From: Octopus sinensis
Taxonomy: Eukaryota
NCBI RefSeq assembly: GCF_006345805.1
Contig: NC_043004.1
Location: forward strand, 16,368,001 to 16,432,000
Length of the DNA stretch: 64,000 bases
Direction: 5' to 3'
Shown here: piece after piece, positions 13,280 to 25,734 of the stretch
Numbering within the stretch: the first letter of the stretch is position 1
Layout: every line of letters begins with the position of its first letter
Translations under genes and position numbers: made by a program
Notes under the pieces: model-generated
Told to the model about the DNA's origin: nothing
What the model saw: the letters and a program-made list of their open reading frames with translations, nothing else
Databases searched by the model: none

Positions 13280-14810
13280 TAAACTTTGGAAACAGCAAGA
13301 TAGCTTCCTTAACTAAAACAGTCCAGAAGTGTGGTAGGGACATTGGTATGGGATTTGGGATTACCAAATATTTAGTACTTAATATGAAAAGAGGAATAAA
13401 GCATCCTGCGTTGGATTGCTGTTAATATCTGGAGAGACAATGGGTGACCCGACGGTACTGGGTATTAATATTTAGGGATTTTGGAGCTGGATAACGTTCA
13501 TTGACCTTCATTTCTCTTGTAGAAATACAGAGAAATGAAGGTTAATTTCAGCGAAGCGTATCAAAAAAGGGTGAAGATGGTGTTGAAATCCAACCTGAAT
13601 GGCAAAAGTTTAATTACCGCAATGAATATCTGGGCAGTTGCCGTGGTCAGATACATTGCGTCCATCTTCAAATGGACTAAGGAGGAAATATCAACACTGG
13701 ATAGAAAGACGAGAAAGTTGATGACGCTGCATGGGGCGCTACACCATAAAGCAAACGTATACATACTGTATATGAAAATAATTATGGCAGAGGACTAATT
13801 AGTATAGTTCATTGTATAAGGAGTGAAATGAGAACGATTGCCGAGTATTCGATAAATAGAGATGAAGACCTACTGCAGTATGCCGCGAAAGATATGGGTG
13901 TAGATGTAGATGAAATGATGGGCAAGGAAGAAACTAACCAAAGAGTTGAGGAAAAGAGAAAAGAAGATCTTCTTGAAATGAGAATGCATGGACAGTTTGA
14001 AAGGAATACGCATGACGCTAAAGATAATACAGTATCGTGGGCATGGCTTGAGCGAAGTGATTTGAAGCGTACCATCGAAAGCCTGATCATTGCTGCACAA
14101 GATCAGGTTCTCGCTACCAATTCAGTGAAGTATAACATCTATAATATTTTTGGCACCCAGAAATGCACACACTGTGGAAACAGTGTGGAAAGTGTGACCC
14201 ACTTGGTAAGTGGATGTGAGAGCCTCGCACAATAGGAATACAGGCACCACCAAAACAAAATGTGTGTGCATCATCATTGGCTCTTATGCCGTAAACATCA
14301 ATATGAAGTAAGAGAGAATTGGCATGAGCATGTACCAAGTAAAGTTATGCAGATGGACGGAAAAGTAACAATACTCTAGAACTATGATTTTCCGACGGAT
14401 CGTGTAATCGAAAACCGTCGGCCGAATATTGTCATATTGAGTAAGACAGACAAATACTGTCAGATCATTGATGTAGCCATACCAAATTATATGAATGTTG
14501 TGAGTAAAGAGGTTTAAAAAATCACCAAGTAATCCGTATTGAAAGTGGAAATGGCAAGACTGTATGGAATGCGAGAGTGTAATGTAAAAGTGATACCAGT
14601 AGTGAATAGAGTGTTGGACTCAATTCCATCGAAACTTCAAGACTTCTTAAGGCAACTGGAAATTCCATTGGAAGATTGATGTCTTGCAAAATGTAGCGCT
14701 ATTTGGCACAGCGCACATCTTAAGGAAATTATATGTCTGAGGTCCTTGTTGTGACTTGACAGATGACTAAAGACACCCGTGCATTTTTACCTACACTGTG
14801 TTCGAAGGAA
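13280..14810 (+). mobile_element. 5'-truncated, decayed R4/Dong-clade LINE (RT C-terminus, CCHC knuckle, RLE endonuclease) ending in (TAA)n
   Basis: DIGMGFGITK..Y*YLGILE; RVKMVLKSNLNGKSLITAMNIWAVAVVRY..LDRKTRK; MHGQF..W..L..SDLKRTIESLIIAAQDQVLAT; CTHCGNSVESVTHLVSGC; RRPNIVILSKTDKYCQIIDVAIP. Multiple stops and frameshifts. Directly followed by (GAT)(AAT)n. Confidence 0.92.
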
Positions 14811-14922
14811 TGATGATGATAATAATAATAATAATAATAATAATAATTATTATTTTATTATTATTATTATTATTATTATTGTTGTTGTTGTTGTTATTAT
14901 AATTATTATTATTATTATATTA

Positions 14923-14975
<53 letters not shown>
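14811..14975. repeat. (AAT)n tract that flips to (ATT)n
   Basis: Direct reading; the orientation switches near 14846. Confidence 0.95.
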
Positions 14976-14999
14976 ACAGCAGTGATAATATTACTTTAG

Positions 15000-16360
15000 C
15001 TTGTCCATAAATAGTACAGTATCTTATCTCTCCACAACTAACCCATGTAAAACAGATAGTTACAACTACTGGTCCGCGACCGAATTCCCGCTACACGCTC
15101 ACTGCAGAAGCTTTAATGTAAAATGCATTGGCCGCAACATATTACATAATTCTACCAGCTGCTACATCCGGTCTATTATTAATTTTAAACAGATATTCTG
15201 CCCATCTAAACTCATTAAAATATGAAGAGCATAGAAAATCCACGTTCGTAGCCAACCACATTCACCAGCTAATAAATAGGAAAGTACCATATAGGATATC
15301 CTGGGCCATAATAGATTCTGGTGTTCCATACTAAGGCCAGCTTTTCACATGTGGAATCTGCTTGATAGAAGCCCTCCAAATATTAATTCATAATTCACTG
15401 CAATTACTCAATAAACAACCGAAGCATTCTCTACAAGTAAGCATAAATTCTATCGCACCTCTGGATACTTCTATAGATCCAAATGTAAGCAAAATCAACG
15501 CACATAACACTTGCCTAAATGCATTCACGGTCGTTATAATATACGTACGCTTTTCCTATCCTTTTCTTCTATATCAACATAAGTACCTTAGAAGCCAGCT
15601 AGCTTTAATTCTTAAATTTTTAATCTTTTATTTTTTAATTTTTCCAATTTTTCATTTAACTTTTAACTTTTCACTTTTAAATTTTAATTCTTTAATTTGT
15701 TTCCTTTATTAATTTAATTGTAGTTTTATCCTATATAAACTCCCTTAAGCTAGGCATCAATTTTAGCTATCCCAAGTGACCACTGACTTCACCTAATCTA
15801 AATTGCATCTATTTAGTAGACATAAATACCTTCCTCCACGACTTTACCAAAACCTTAACGCGTGACCTCTCATCCCGGACCGATACTTGCGAAGAATAAT
15901 ATTGGCATCTTATCTCTATTTTTATTCTTTTTATTTTAATTTTTTTATTCTTTGCCGCACCTATTCCATTCCAGACTTTTCTCTCTTTCTCCTTTTATTC
16001 TCCTCCTCCTCTCTCTTGTATTCACTCACTCACAACCCGCTTCTGTCTTCTTGATGTCTGTCTTTCTCACTCTGTATACCCATGCAGAACATTTACATAC
16101 TAGCTAACAACTTCAGCATGAACGCATCATTGAAAAATACTGCCAAAATACTGCCTGGATTTAGGTGGGATTTTACCCTATGGAAAAAGATGAATTGTGA
16201 AATTTATTCTCCCGTCTGAATTCTATCTACTTTTACTATTTATTCTTCTACTTCCTTATAAACTGTGAATTTCCCTGACTAGAACATTCATACATATTCA
16301 CCGTGTGTATGATATCGGAATACCCAGGGTATCTAGGTATTATCACTTGGGGCATCCCAG
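15000..16360 (+). mobile_element. Decayed Penelope-like element 3' portion: GIY-YIG endonuclease of a non-Neptune type (Naiad-like), plus probable pLTR
   Basis: SYNYWSATEFPLHAHCRSFNVKCIG..CYIRSIINFK / NRYSAHLNSLKYEEHRKSTFVANHIHQL..ISWAIIDSGVPY*GQLFTCGICLIEALQILIHNSLQLLNK aligns by eye with 'CNC....CPL.G.C....V.Y......YIG....FK.RY..H......STELS..IW.L....I.W.I.....PY....C.LC..E...I......LLNK'. Confidence 0.6.
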
Positions 16361-16497
16361 AAACAGCTGTTAGACTTCAAATTCACCTTACCCTAATTAA
16401 ATTATTATAAATGGCTCGAGATACTCGTCCAGTCTTACTTTTTGCTGTCTTGTTCCTATATTATGTGTCGGTGTGCGTGTGTGTGTGTTCATAAATA

Positions 16498-16744
16498 CAA
16501 TATATGCTTTAATGTGCTACTACTAATTTTATGTGCTGAGAGCATGCCAGACACTATTTTTAACATGTCTGCCGTTCTAACATATGTCTGTTGATCTACC
16601 CACATTTTTAGTTCGTTATGCCTTGTGGGCAGTGAAATGTCTGACGATTGTGCTAGGGTACCAGACTTCCCAAAAAATATTTTCTGGCATGCTTTCAGCA
16701 CATGAAACTAATAGTATAGCAAACAGTAAATGAAATATTCACTG
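16498..16744. mobile_element. MITE with imperfect TIRs (same family as 60103-60502)
   Basis: Left arm TGCTACTACTAATTTTATGTGCTGAGAGCATGCCAG (16515-16550) is the inverse of CTGGCATGCTTTCAGCACATGAAACTAATAGTATAGCA (16684-16721). Right terminus CACTG at 16740-16744. Confidence 0.65.
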
Positions 16745-17524
16745 ATTTTGCGAAAAACTAAAATTCTGGTAAATGCAATTGGGGCACTATTAAATTGAAC
16801 TATCCATGTAAGTATCATACTTCATTTATATATACACTTTTGACAGGCCAGTTACTGTAGTATTCGCCCTTAAGTTATGTAAAACAAAGGACAGTTTGAT
16901 ACGAGACGCGAAAAGAAGAAACGCAAATACAATTGAAATATTTGTATCTTGAGAGGCAATATGATAAAATGACTCATGTAGCGAGAGAATGAATTACAAG
17001 GACACACCGATAAAAACAGAAATAGGGAAATATTCCTGTAAGATATCGAAATGTGCTGGAGGACAAAAATATCGTGAATTGAAGAGGAAAAGTAAATGAA
17101 TAATACAGAGAAATACGAAGAGAATAAATAATGAAGTGCGTGAAGAAGTCACTGACAATAACAACTATGTTTGAACGGAAGCAATAAAATAAGAGAACAA
17201 GCAATAGATACGTTGTATATACGACTCAGAACCTCATGCTTAACTGTCTAAATGTATCGTGTTCTCATTTGTCAAAAAATATTATCACTTTAAGCACATA
17301 CATAAACAATGCAAAATAATGCAACCACCAAATAAAATACATTACACTACACTTTCACACACTTTTCACATATGACATGGGCCTGGAGCAGACCTAGTGT
17401 AGGACGGGCAGTTCATTGATGAAGTGACACATCACGCAGAAACAACTCCGGCAAAGCTTAACTGATTGATTGATACACTGCAAATGAATTAAAAACATCG
17501 ATTGATAAATGGTTACACATTTAA

Positions 17525-17730
17525 CTAAGAGAGTAATGGAAATGCTGCTTGTGTACAAACGGCTATACTCCATGGTAGGGAGACATGGACTCTGAATGCA
17601 GAAGACATGTGAAGACTGGAGAGAAAGGAGAATAGTATGCTTCGTCGGATGTGCAACATCAGTGCACATGTACATCAATGCAAAGTTGGGCATAAGAGGA
17701 ATCAACTGTAGCATCAAGAGAGAAGTTGAG
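17525..17730 (+). mobile_element. RTE-clade LINE fragment (post-RT region)
   Basis: AACVQTAILHGRETWTLNAEDM*RLERKENSMLRRMCNISAHVHQ..LGIRGINCSIKRE matches RTE 'C VR. ML.GSETW.....DM.RLER.E..MLRWMC.V'. Confidence 0.75.
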
Positions 17731-17734
17731 AACA

Positions 17735-17830
17735 AAAACATGACAGTGAAGACATACAGGGAAACCGAGCGAAGGGAAACAAGGAGGGTCGTCAGGCCAG
17801 AACGAGAGGGAAATAGTGAACGCTGGGAGA
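17735..17830. mobile_element. pLTR-like fragment shared with 42250-42545
   Basis: ACATACAGGGAAACC..GGAGGGTCGTCAGGCCAGAACGAGAGG resembles 42481-42540. Confidence 0.55.
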
Positions 17831-17928
17831 AACATTTTTACGTCCTGCACACATATATGCATGTACACACTCATACACACACGCACATGCAAACACACAC
17901 ACACACAGACATACATATGTATATATAT

Positions 17929-18156
17929 ATAAACTTATAAACAAGGGCAAAAGAAAATTATTTCTATGCCAATATGCTGATAACACACTTTTAAATCGTC
18001 AATTTAAAAGTCTGTTATCAGCATATTGACATAGAAATAATTTTCTTTTGCCCTTGTTTCTAAAATGTTTATAATTTTAACCTTTAAAGGTATTTTAATA
18101 TGCTGCCACTTTTTTGATGATTTTTTTCCTGTAAAAAAGCTTCATCTATATTAGTA

Positions 18157-18160
<4 letters not shown>
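17929..18160. mobile_element. Fold-back copy of the 4836-5180 family (~60-bp arms, 5-nt loop CGTCA)
   Basis: AAACAAGGGCAAAAG..CACTTTTAAAT cgtca ATTTAAAAGTCTG..CTTTTGCCCTTGTTT, flanked by (TA)n. Confidence 0.8.
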
Positions 18161-18205
<45 letters not shown>

Positions 18206-18436
18206 ATATACTGTAGTAATAATAATTCTTGTATGGAATTTATAAATATTTATAATACATTGCTACCGCGCATTTCCACAAATCACATAATTCTGAAGAT
18301 CATAGTCCCTATTCCTAGGATGATTAAACTGCAGTCTGTAAAATTCCTCAAACTAATCTACCCGATGTCCGTGGATACTACGGACTGCACACTAATCATC
18401 CTACGAACACGGACATATATATATATACATATATAT

Positions 18437-18543
<107 letters not shown>

Positions 18544-18835
18544 GTTTCCTTAATATATATATATATATATATATTTGTTCCCATAAGAGTATGTTCGCGA
18601 TTCCGTCTTTTTGTTTATTTAATCTTTTTATTTAATTTTTTTTGTCTAAGACTTGAAAAACTGCATTTGCTATTTCATATTACGAAGGTATAGAATTACC
18701 AGCATCCAAATGGTAAAAGAAGGATCTCCCTTCGTTTCTCACTCATCTTAGAGACAAATTGAAAATAAATTTAAAATAATTGCAGTTACTTCAGCTTGTA
18801 GGCTAAACACAGGTAAAAGTAGTAAACATAGCCTT

Positions 18836-19006
18836 AGGAGTGGCTGTGTGGTAAGTAGCTTGCTTACGAACCACATGTTTCCGGGTTCAATCCCACTGCG
18901 TGGCACCTTGGGCAAGTGTCCTCTACTATAGCCTCAGGCCGACCAAAGCTTTGTGAGTGGATTTTGTAGACGGAAACTGAAAGAAGCCCGTCGTGTATAT
19001 GTATAG

Positions 19007-19053
<47 letters not shown>

Positions 19054-19275
19054 TGTGTTTGTGTGTCTGTTTGTCCCCCCAACATCGCTTGACAACCGAT
19101 GCTGGTGTGTTTACGTCCCCGTAACCTAGCGGTTCGGCAAAAGAAACCGATAGAATAAGTAATAGGCTTACAAAGAATAAGTCCCGGGGTCGATTTGCTC
19201 GACTAAAGGAGGTGCTCCTGCATAGCCGCAGTCGAATGACTGAAACAAGTAAAAGAGTAAAAGAGTAAAAGAGTA
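18836..19275 (+). mobile_element. Composite tRNA-derived SINE, family S1 (CORE-like CCTTGGGCAAGT, internal (TA)/(TG) microsatellite, (AAAGAGT)n tail)
   Basis: A-box TGGCTGTGTGG, B-box GGTTCAATCCC, GCACCTTGGGCAAGTG, and 3' GACTGAAACAAGTAAAAGAGT. Confidence 0.9.
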
Positions 19276-19773
19276 ATACGGTAGAATAATTCAAATACCT
19301 TCAGGGTTGGGGCGTCTTCAATAGATGAGATACGCAGCATATTATTACTTCTAAGCTATCTGCCTTCATCGCCGGACATTCTACTATTCTTCAAGATTGG
19401 CCGTCTTTCACAGAAAATTAATTTAATCTCCCTGAAAAAGAATAGCGATATTTAGCAGAAGAGTAACATTTGACACAGGGATAATGCTTTCAAATGGTAG
19501 CACCGATCTAGCAACTACTCAGTATAATAGACTTCTGGGGATTACTTCTGGAGATTGCTTATCTACACCATATAAAATAGAAACATTACCCAAAATTCCA
19601 TTTCAAATATAGGGTTCGTGTCCCTGGAAACCTAAACGCATATAGTTTTCAGTTACTTAGAAAATTCATATTTTAAATATTCGCAAGATATATTCGTCTG
19701 GAGTTATCTAAGATTGAGGCTAGATTGTACACACACACTCACATACACACACACACACACACACACACGAATA

Positions 19774-19811
19774 GATAGATAAATAGATAGATAGATAGGT
19801 AGATAGATAGG

Positions 19812-19883
<72 letters not shown>
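19774..19883. repeat. (TAGA)n microsatellite
   Basis: Direct reading. Confidence 0.95.
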
Positions 19884-20235
19884 TAGTTCCGGGTTCAGTC
19901 CAACTGCGTGGCATCTTGGGCAAGTGTCTTCTGCTATAGCCCCGGGCCAACCAATGCCTTCTGAGTGGATTTGGTAGACGGGAACTGAAAGAAGCCTGTC
20001 GTATATATGTATATATGTGGGGGGGCGTTGTGTGTCTGTGTTTGTCCCCCTAGCATTGCTTGACAACCGATGCTGGTGTGTTTACGTCCCCGTCACTTAG
20101 CGGTTCGGCAAAAGAGACCGATAGAATAAGTACTGGGCTTACAAAGAATAAGTCCCGGGGTCGATTTGCTAGACTAAAGGCGGGGCTCCAGCATGGCCGC
20201 AGTCAAATGACTGAAACAAGTAGAAGAGTAAAGAG

Positions 20236-20236
<1 letters not shown>
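19884..20236 (+). mobile_element. SINE S1, 5' end replaced by (TAGA)n
   Basis: Starts at the B-box GGGTTCAGTCC and otherwise matches 44274-44695. Confidence 0.9.
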
Positions 20237-20266
<30 letters not shown>

Positions 20267-20314
20267 GAAAAAAAAATTACGGATATATATATATATGTGT
20301 GTGTGTGTGCGTGT

Positions 20315-20359
<45 letters not shown>

Positions 20360-20659
20360 TGTGTGTTGGAGAGACAGACAGACAGATATATATAAACATA
20401 CCTATTTTACACATACTTAAGGGTTTTAAAAAGTTATTGTGTTGAACGTTGATAAAGATGTATAAGTGCCTGATGAATGGGGTTGCATCTTGAGAGGGGT
20501 TCCAGCGAAACATAGAGTGGTGTAGGAACCCGAAAATGTAGCTCATGAAACTCGTGTTACCAAGTAATAAAACAGTAGGTATGTAAAATAAAAATAAAAA
20601 TTATTTTCATTAGGTGAGAGGTAGGGGTATACTATCTCTAAATTGATATATATATATGC

Positions 20660-20694
<35 letters not shown>

Positions 20695-21819
20695 TGTATG
20701 TATGTATGTGTATTATATATGCATATACATATATATGTGCGTGTGTAAATTTATTTCGATGATTTGTTATGTGTGACAGCTATGTTATAGATTCAACGAG
20801 CATCAGTGGAATAGAATAAAAGTTTCATTTTCATATCAAAGTTAAAACCAAGCGAAATGAGTCTGGATTATGTTAGCATAAATAGTGGCACGTAAGATTT
20901 AATTCAAAGCAGTAATACCAAGGGACTCACAATGCATTTCCGCATTAATTTTAATCAATTCGTTTGCAATGTATGTCGTGTTTATTTTGTTAGCTTTTTC
21001 TCCTAAATTCCATTTTAAAGTATATATTTCTCTCAATACTTATAAATATAAGAAGGTTTTGAATTGAAGTATATAAAAAAAATCAGAGTCGAACATTTAT
21101 TTTCTTTTTATAATTTTTATGTGAGAACATGCTGCCTTACAATTTCGTGATCATACATAATTTAGAATTAAAAGAAATATTTCGGAAGACCTAATATATT
21201 ACCGTGTATTTGTCAGTTAGTATCAACACCTAATTTTGGAAACATGTGTCTAATGTAAACAACATTAGACGAATTCATTAATATTCATATTTTACCCATG
21301 AATAGGATAAGTTATTTTAACACTCTATATTCTTGCAGAGTTTATAATGAATACATGAATCATTTTTACGTGCTGAGCAAATTTATTTGCTTGCAATATG
21401 TATACGGTATTCTTACAAAATGACATATATTTCTACACAAAATAATAAAAAATTAAAAGAATATTTATTTATGATACAAAATAAATTTAGACGTAGATAT
21501 TCTTATTTATAAAGCAACACTATGTACACTGCAACACGTAAAATAAACTTAACTTTCTAAAAAAAGAATATATTGAAGTTTCTTTTAATACAGCGATGTC
21601 TTAATGAATACAGAACATCTGTAAACTCACTTAATTTTGCAGAGTTATGTTTCTCTATGTTGAAATAAAAATTATTTGTATCTCTTTTTTTTTCATTTAC
21701 TGTCTTTATTGCGTCTTAGGTATTTTAAGTGACTGAAGTTTCAGAGTTTTTCAACCAGAAGTCAAGATTTAATTCATTTTATACAAAGGAGGGTGTAAGC
21801 GTCCTAGAAATAGTGATTT

Positions 21820-22023
21820 CAAATCTTGCCACGACGCCAGCAAAATGTGGTGGTGGGGGAGTTAATCGGATACATCGCCCCTAGTGCTAAACTGCTACTT
21901 ATCTTATATCAACTCGGAAGGATGAAATGCAAAGTAGTGGAATTTGAACTCCGAACATATAGACGGACGAAATGACGCTAAGCATTTTGTCCAGAATGTT
22001 AACGATTCTGCCGGCTCGCCCCC
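21820..22023 (-). mobile_element. SINE S2, degenerate
   Basis: Reverse complement of head GGCGAGCCGGCAGAATCGTTAAC..GGAGTTCAAATTCC, plus a partly deleted core. Confidence 0.7.
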
Positions 22024-23580
22024 TTGATCGTGATAGAAATATTAAATCTTCCTGCGCTAATTTTAAATATTTAATCGTATTGATTAATTATATTGAATTT
22101 ACTAGTAAAGGAAAAATACAATGAGAATGAAAGCCTGCTACCTTGTCCCATTTATAGTAAAGGCGTTATTGCTATCTACTTCAAATTCGCAATATAACTA
22201 TGGTCCCCAGTAATTATCTTCTTTAATGCCACATCACGATTCGTGTCACAAGAACGACAACTCAAGCTCCTAGAACTAACATCAATTTTTTACACCAAGA
22301 TCCGCCAGCATGATAACAGAATTTTCAAACATTTTGTAATTCAATGCAGCAGGACTCGATTAAGTTTGGCCTGGGTCTAACCAACATTAACAACTTACGA
22401 TGGTTCAAGTTAAAGGTCATGTCTGCATGAATGTCGAATGATATTTCATTACTTTAAATATCGTTTGGAATATGGTGGGGAAGTGAATAGTGGAGTTTGT
22501 TTTTCTACAAGATAATGTTAATTATATATTTCCATTGTTTCATTCGTAACCATTAATACTCATTAATTCTCTTATTAAATCTCATTAAATCTCCTGATTT
22601 GCAGTTTCAGACTTATAATGAAAGAAAATTTAACTCAGATGGTGGAAACAAAAAGCAGGAAAACGTTAGCACACCGTAAAAAAATAAATATAGTAATTCG
22701 ATTCTTGAGTTTTAATATCTATTAGTTTTAATATCTATTTCAATGATTATTTCATCTTCTCTAAAGCTACAAGAAGTGAGTGGATTTAAAACTTTGTGTA
22801 GCCTTTTATTATGAGATTCTAGAAGATTTTAATATTTAGCAGTTCATTAATTATTTTCTGTCAGTCATTTTCATTTGATGTATAACTGAGTTAGTGATGA
22901 AATTAGTTATTCCTAATTTAAATCCTATGCAGTTTCCTTTTCTAATCGTATAGTTATTATATTCGTCCGGTCGAGGGAGCTTTTCTACTTATTGTTCTTT
23001 GTATCTGTGACTATTTTTCCTGCATCCTATTAACAATTCAGCTCTGAGTGAGTATATATATGGCAACTGAATCCTAGCCATAGGCAATCATTTTGTATAT
23101 CCCTGATTATGTCGGTTGGTCCTTTATTTTACTTCAATTGATTTTCCAACGATAGAGTTTAATGTGTAGTAGATACTAATAACCCATCGAGTTGCCTCAT
23201 AGAGAATCTCTTCTTAGCAAACATGCCTTATTAACCATTTGATAGATGTTATGTATTTTGTTGAGGATTTATACATATGCTGATTCATGGAATCTTATTT
23301 CTGCTTCTTCCAACTCATGTCGATGCTCTTAACATTATGATGTTCGACATGAAGTAAAATAATTGTATTCAACTATGCATGTGACAAGTGGTATCCATTC
23401 TTTAATGGATGTGATTAAGAATGATTTTGGCCATTCGCTATATAATTACATACAATTCAAGATACTAATGATAAACTCTATCGGAAAAGTAGTTTCTTGC
23501 AAATAGTAAACGTCGAAATGAAAGTTTTAAAAAAGGAAATCGATGGAGAAAATTTTAAACGAAAAGAAAAGCAAACATAC

Positions 23581-23638
23581 CTTGTAGTCGCATAATAATT
23601 TAATTAGAAGAAAAAAACTTGCACTATCTAATGATTTT
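23581..23638 (-). other. Candidate internal exon (58 bp, phase 2 to 0)
   Basis: Acceptor ccgttgttttcag|, donor AAG|gtatgt. Only one frame is open: KSLDSASFFLLIKLLCDYK. Confidence 0.3.
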
Positions 23639-25021
23639 CTGAAAACAACGGAGTTCTCTATGTACGGACTGTTATATGGCATACATTAATATAAACCCTT
23701 ATATTATTATAAACCCAGCTTTTTCTGCAGTCAGTCTTGTGAAACTAAAATAATCAGCAGCTATACATACATAACATAAAATACGTGCCACTATTTGTAG
23801 GAGGATATTTCGTAAATCTAAAACTACGGAGCTGTAGGGAAGGACTGCAGTTTCGTTTGGAATAGTGGACTTTTCTACAAGATGATCTTAATTATATATT
23901 CCCATTGTTTCATTCGTAACAATTAATACTCATTAATTCTCTTATGAACTTGAAGCAGATTTCGGCATTTTCCTAAATAACGGTAACGAAAGAAAAATAT
24001 TTGTAGGCGCATAGTTTTATGGGGTTTTTTAATACAAAATATTACGACGCACATATTAGAAACAGTGTTTCGTAGCAAAATCATGCCCTATAGTAGGACA
24101 GACATGATTTGGGGCTTTCGTATGGATAAAACAGTGTTTCCTTCGTATTCGGAATATCATTATAATGATTCACATTAACTTACACTTGTTCCGTTGTTTT
24201 GAAGAAAGCGTTATTCTGAGCAAGAGTGTTTTCCTTTCCTCTGCGCTGGATGGCTGATAAATATCTCTAAGTATGTATTATTAGGATGTTACGACCTATC
24301 TTCGCACTTGCGATACTATTCTCAGCATAATTACATTATTTTTTATATTCATTATTTCTATTGAAATTTCAGGATATTTTAAAATAGAAGATAAATTTCA
24401 TTAAGAATGAACGTACAATAGTTTCGTCTGCTTGTTATTCCCAATTGGCAATTGAACACTTTCAAACAATCAGACTTCTTTAGTTCCTCTATACTGAATC
24501 GTCTGTGATTGGCTTCAAATATTATTAGAAGAGCGTAATATAAAAAACTACTATTACTGTATATTATGAATTTATTTTCACTCTACATTAATATAATAAT
24601 AAAGTGTGGTAGTTTCCACATTAACAATAATAAATAACATTTAATCAATATTCAACATTGTAAGAATGCGAATTATGACAACTGAGTATAAAATATTTTA
24701 CAGCCTGTTCACCAAAGTAAATGGCTGACAGCAGAGACACTTCTTACTATCAATATTCAACACCTTACTGTCTTGCTGCGTCTTGTACACATTGGCAAAA
24801 CATTGGGGTTTCTGTTTATGCGCATCCATATAAAACTATTAATATACAGCTGAGTGTCTTATCGATAAGCAGTGAAGTATTTCTGCTCTGCTAACAAACG
24901 ACCTGATTCCTATTTTTTTTAACCATACACTCCTATGAAGTTAATTGTTCAGATGATCCTATCAAATTTCCTCGATAACAATAGTTGGAAGGAGAATTAC
25001 ACCGAGACGTAAGATATTTGT

Positions 25022-25355
25022 TATCTTTTATTTGTTTCAGTCATTTGAGTGCGGCCATGTTGGAACACCTCCTTCAAGAGCTTTAGTCGACCGAATCGAC
25101 CTCAGAACTTATTTTGTAAACCCTGTTACTTACTATATCGGTCTCTTTGCTAAATAGCTAGGTTAGGGGACGCAAACAGACGAACACCGTTTGTCAAGAA
25201 TTGATTGGGGACAAACACAGACACAAAAGCACAAATTCATAGACATATGTATATATGACGGGAATCTTTCAGTTTCCTTCTACAAAATCCACTCACAATG
25301 TTTTGGTCGGCCCGCGAATATATCGGAAGTCACTTTCCGAAGGTACCACGCAGTG
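25022..25355 (-). mobile_element. SINE S1, diverged and 5'-truncated
   Basis: TTTGTTTCAGTCATTTGAGTGCGGCCATG..GACAAACACAGAC..CTTTCAGTTTCC..CCACGCAGTGG. Confidence 0.8.
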
Positions 25356-25734
25356 GCAAAATTTCATACCAAGGGTAGGCTTTTAAAATACCGAGAGCGT
25401 GTCCAAAACTGTATCTCGAAGATTAGCCCTTCTTTTCAGGAGAAGAGTTTTATTGATTATGATCCGCAATTAATATCATGCAAGGAATCCAGTATTTGCT
25501 CACTACCGTAGCATTCTTGTATCTCAAGAGGGTGGAAAGTCGATATATATAGGTTGCAAAAATCAAAGATACAAGGCTTGAATCTTCTTTTCTTTTTTTT
25601 ACTCTAACCCTCTAGACCCTCTTTTCTGTATAGAGTAACAACAAATGGATAAAAGTGAAGATTTCAAACTGAAAATAACTGAAAACCATCAGTCCGATAT
25701 TAACGTCACACTTTCTCGGAGAATATTCTAACGT

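Noticed and set aside
21720-21794. Well-flanked 75-bp exon-like segment; one frame has a single TGA (selenocysteine or readthrough idea)
   Set aside because: All three frames contain stops and there is no SECIS or homology evidence. At most it is a non-coding exon.
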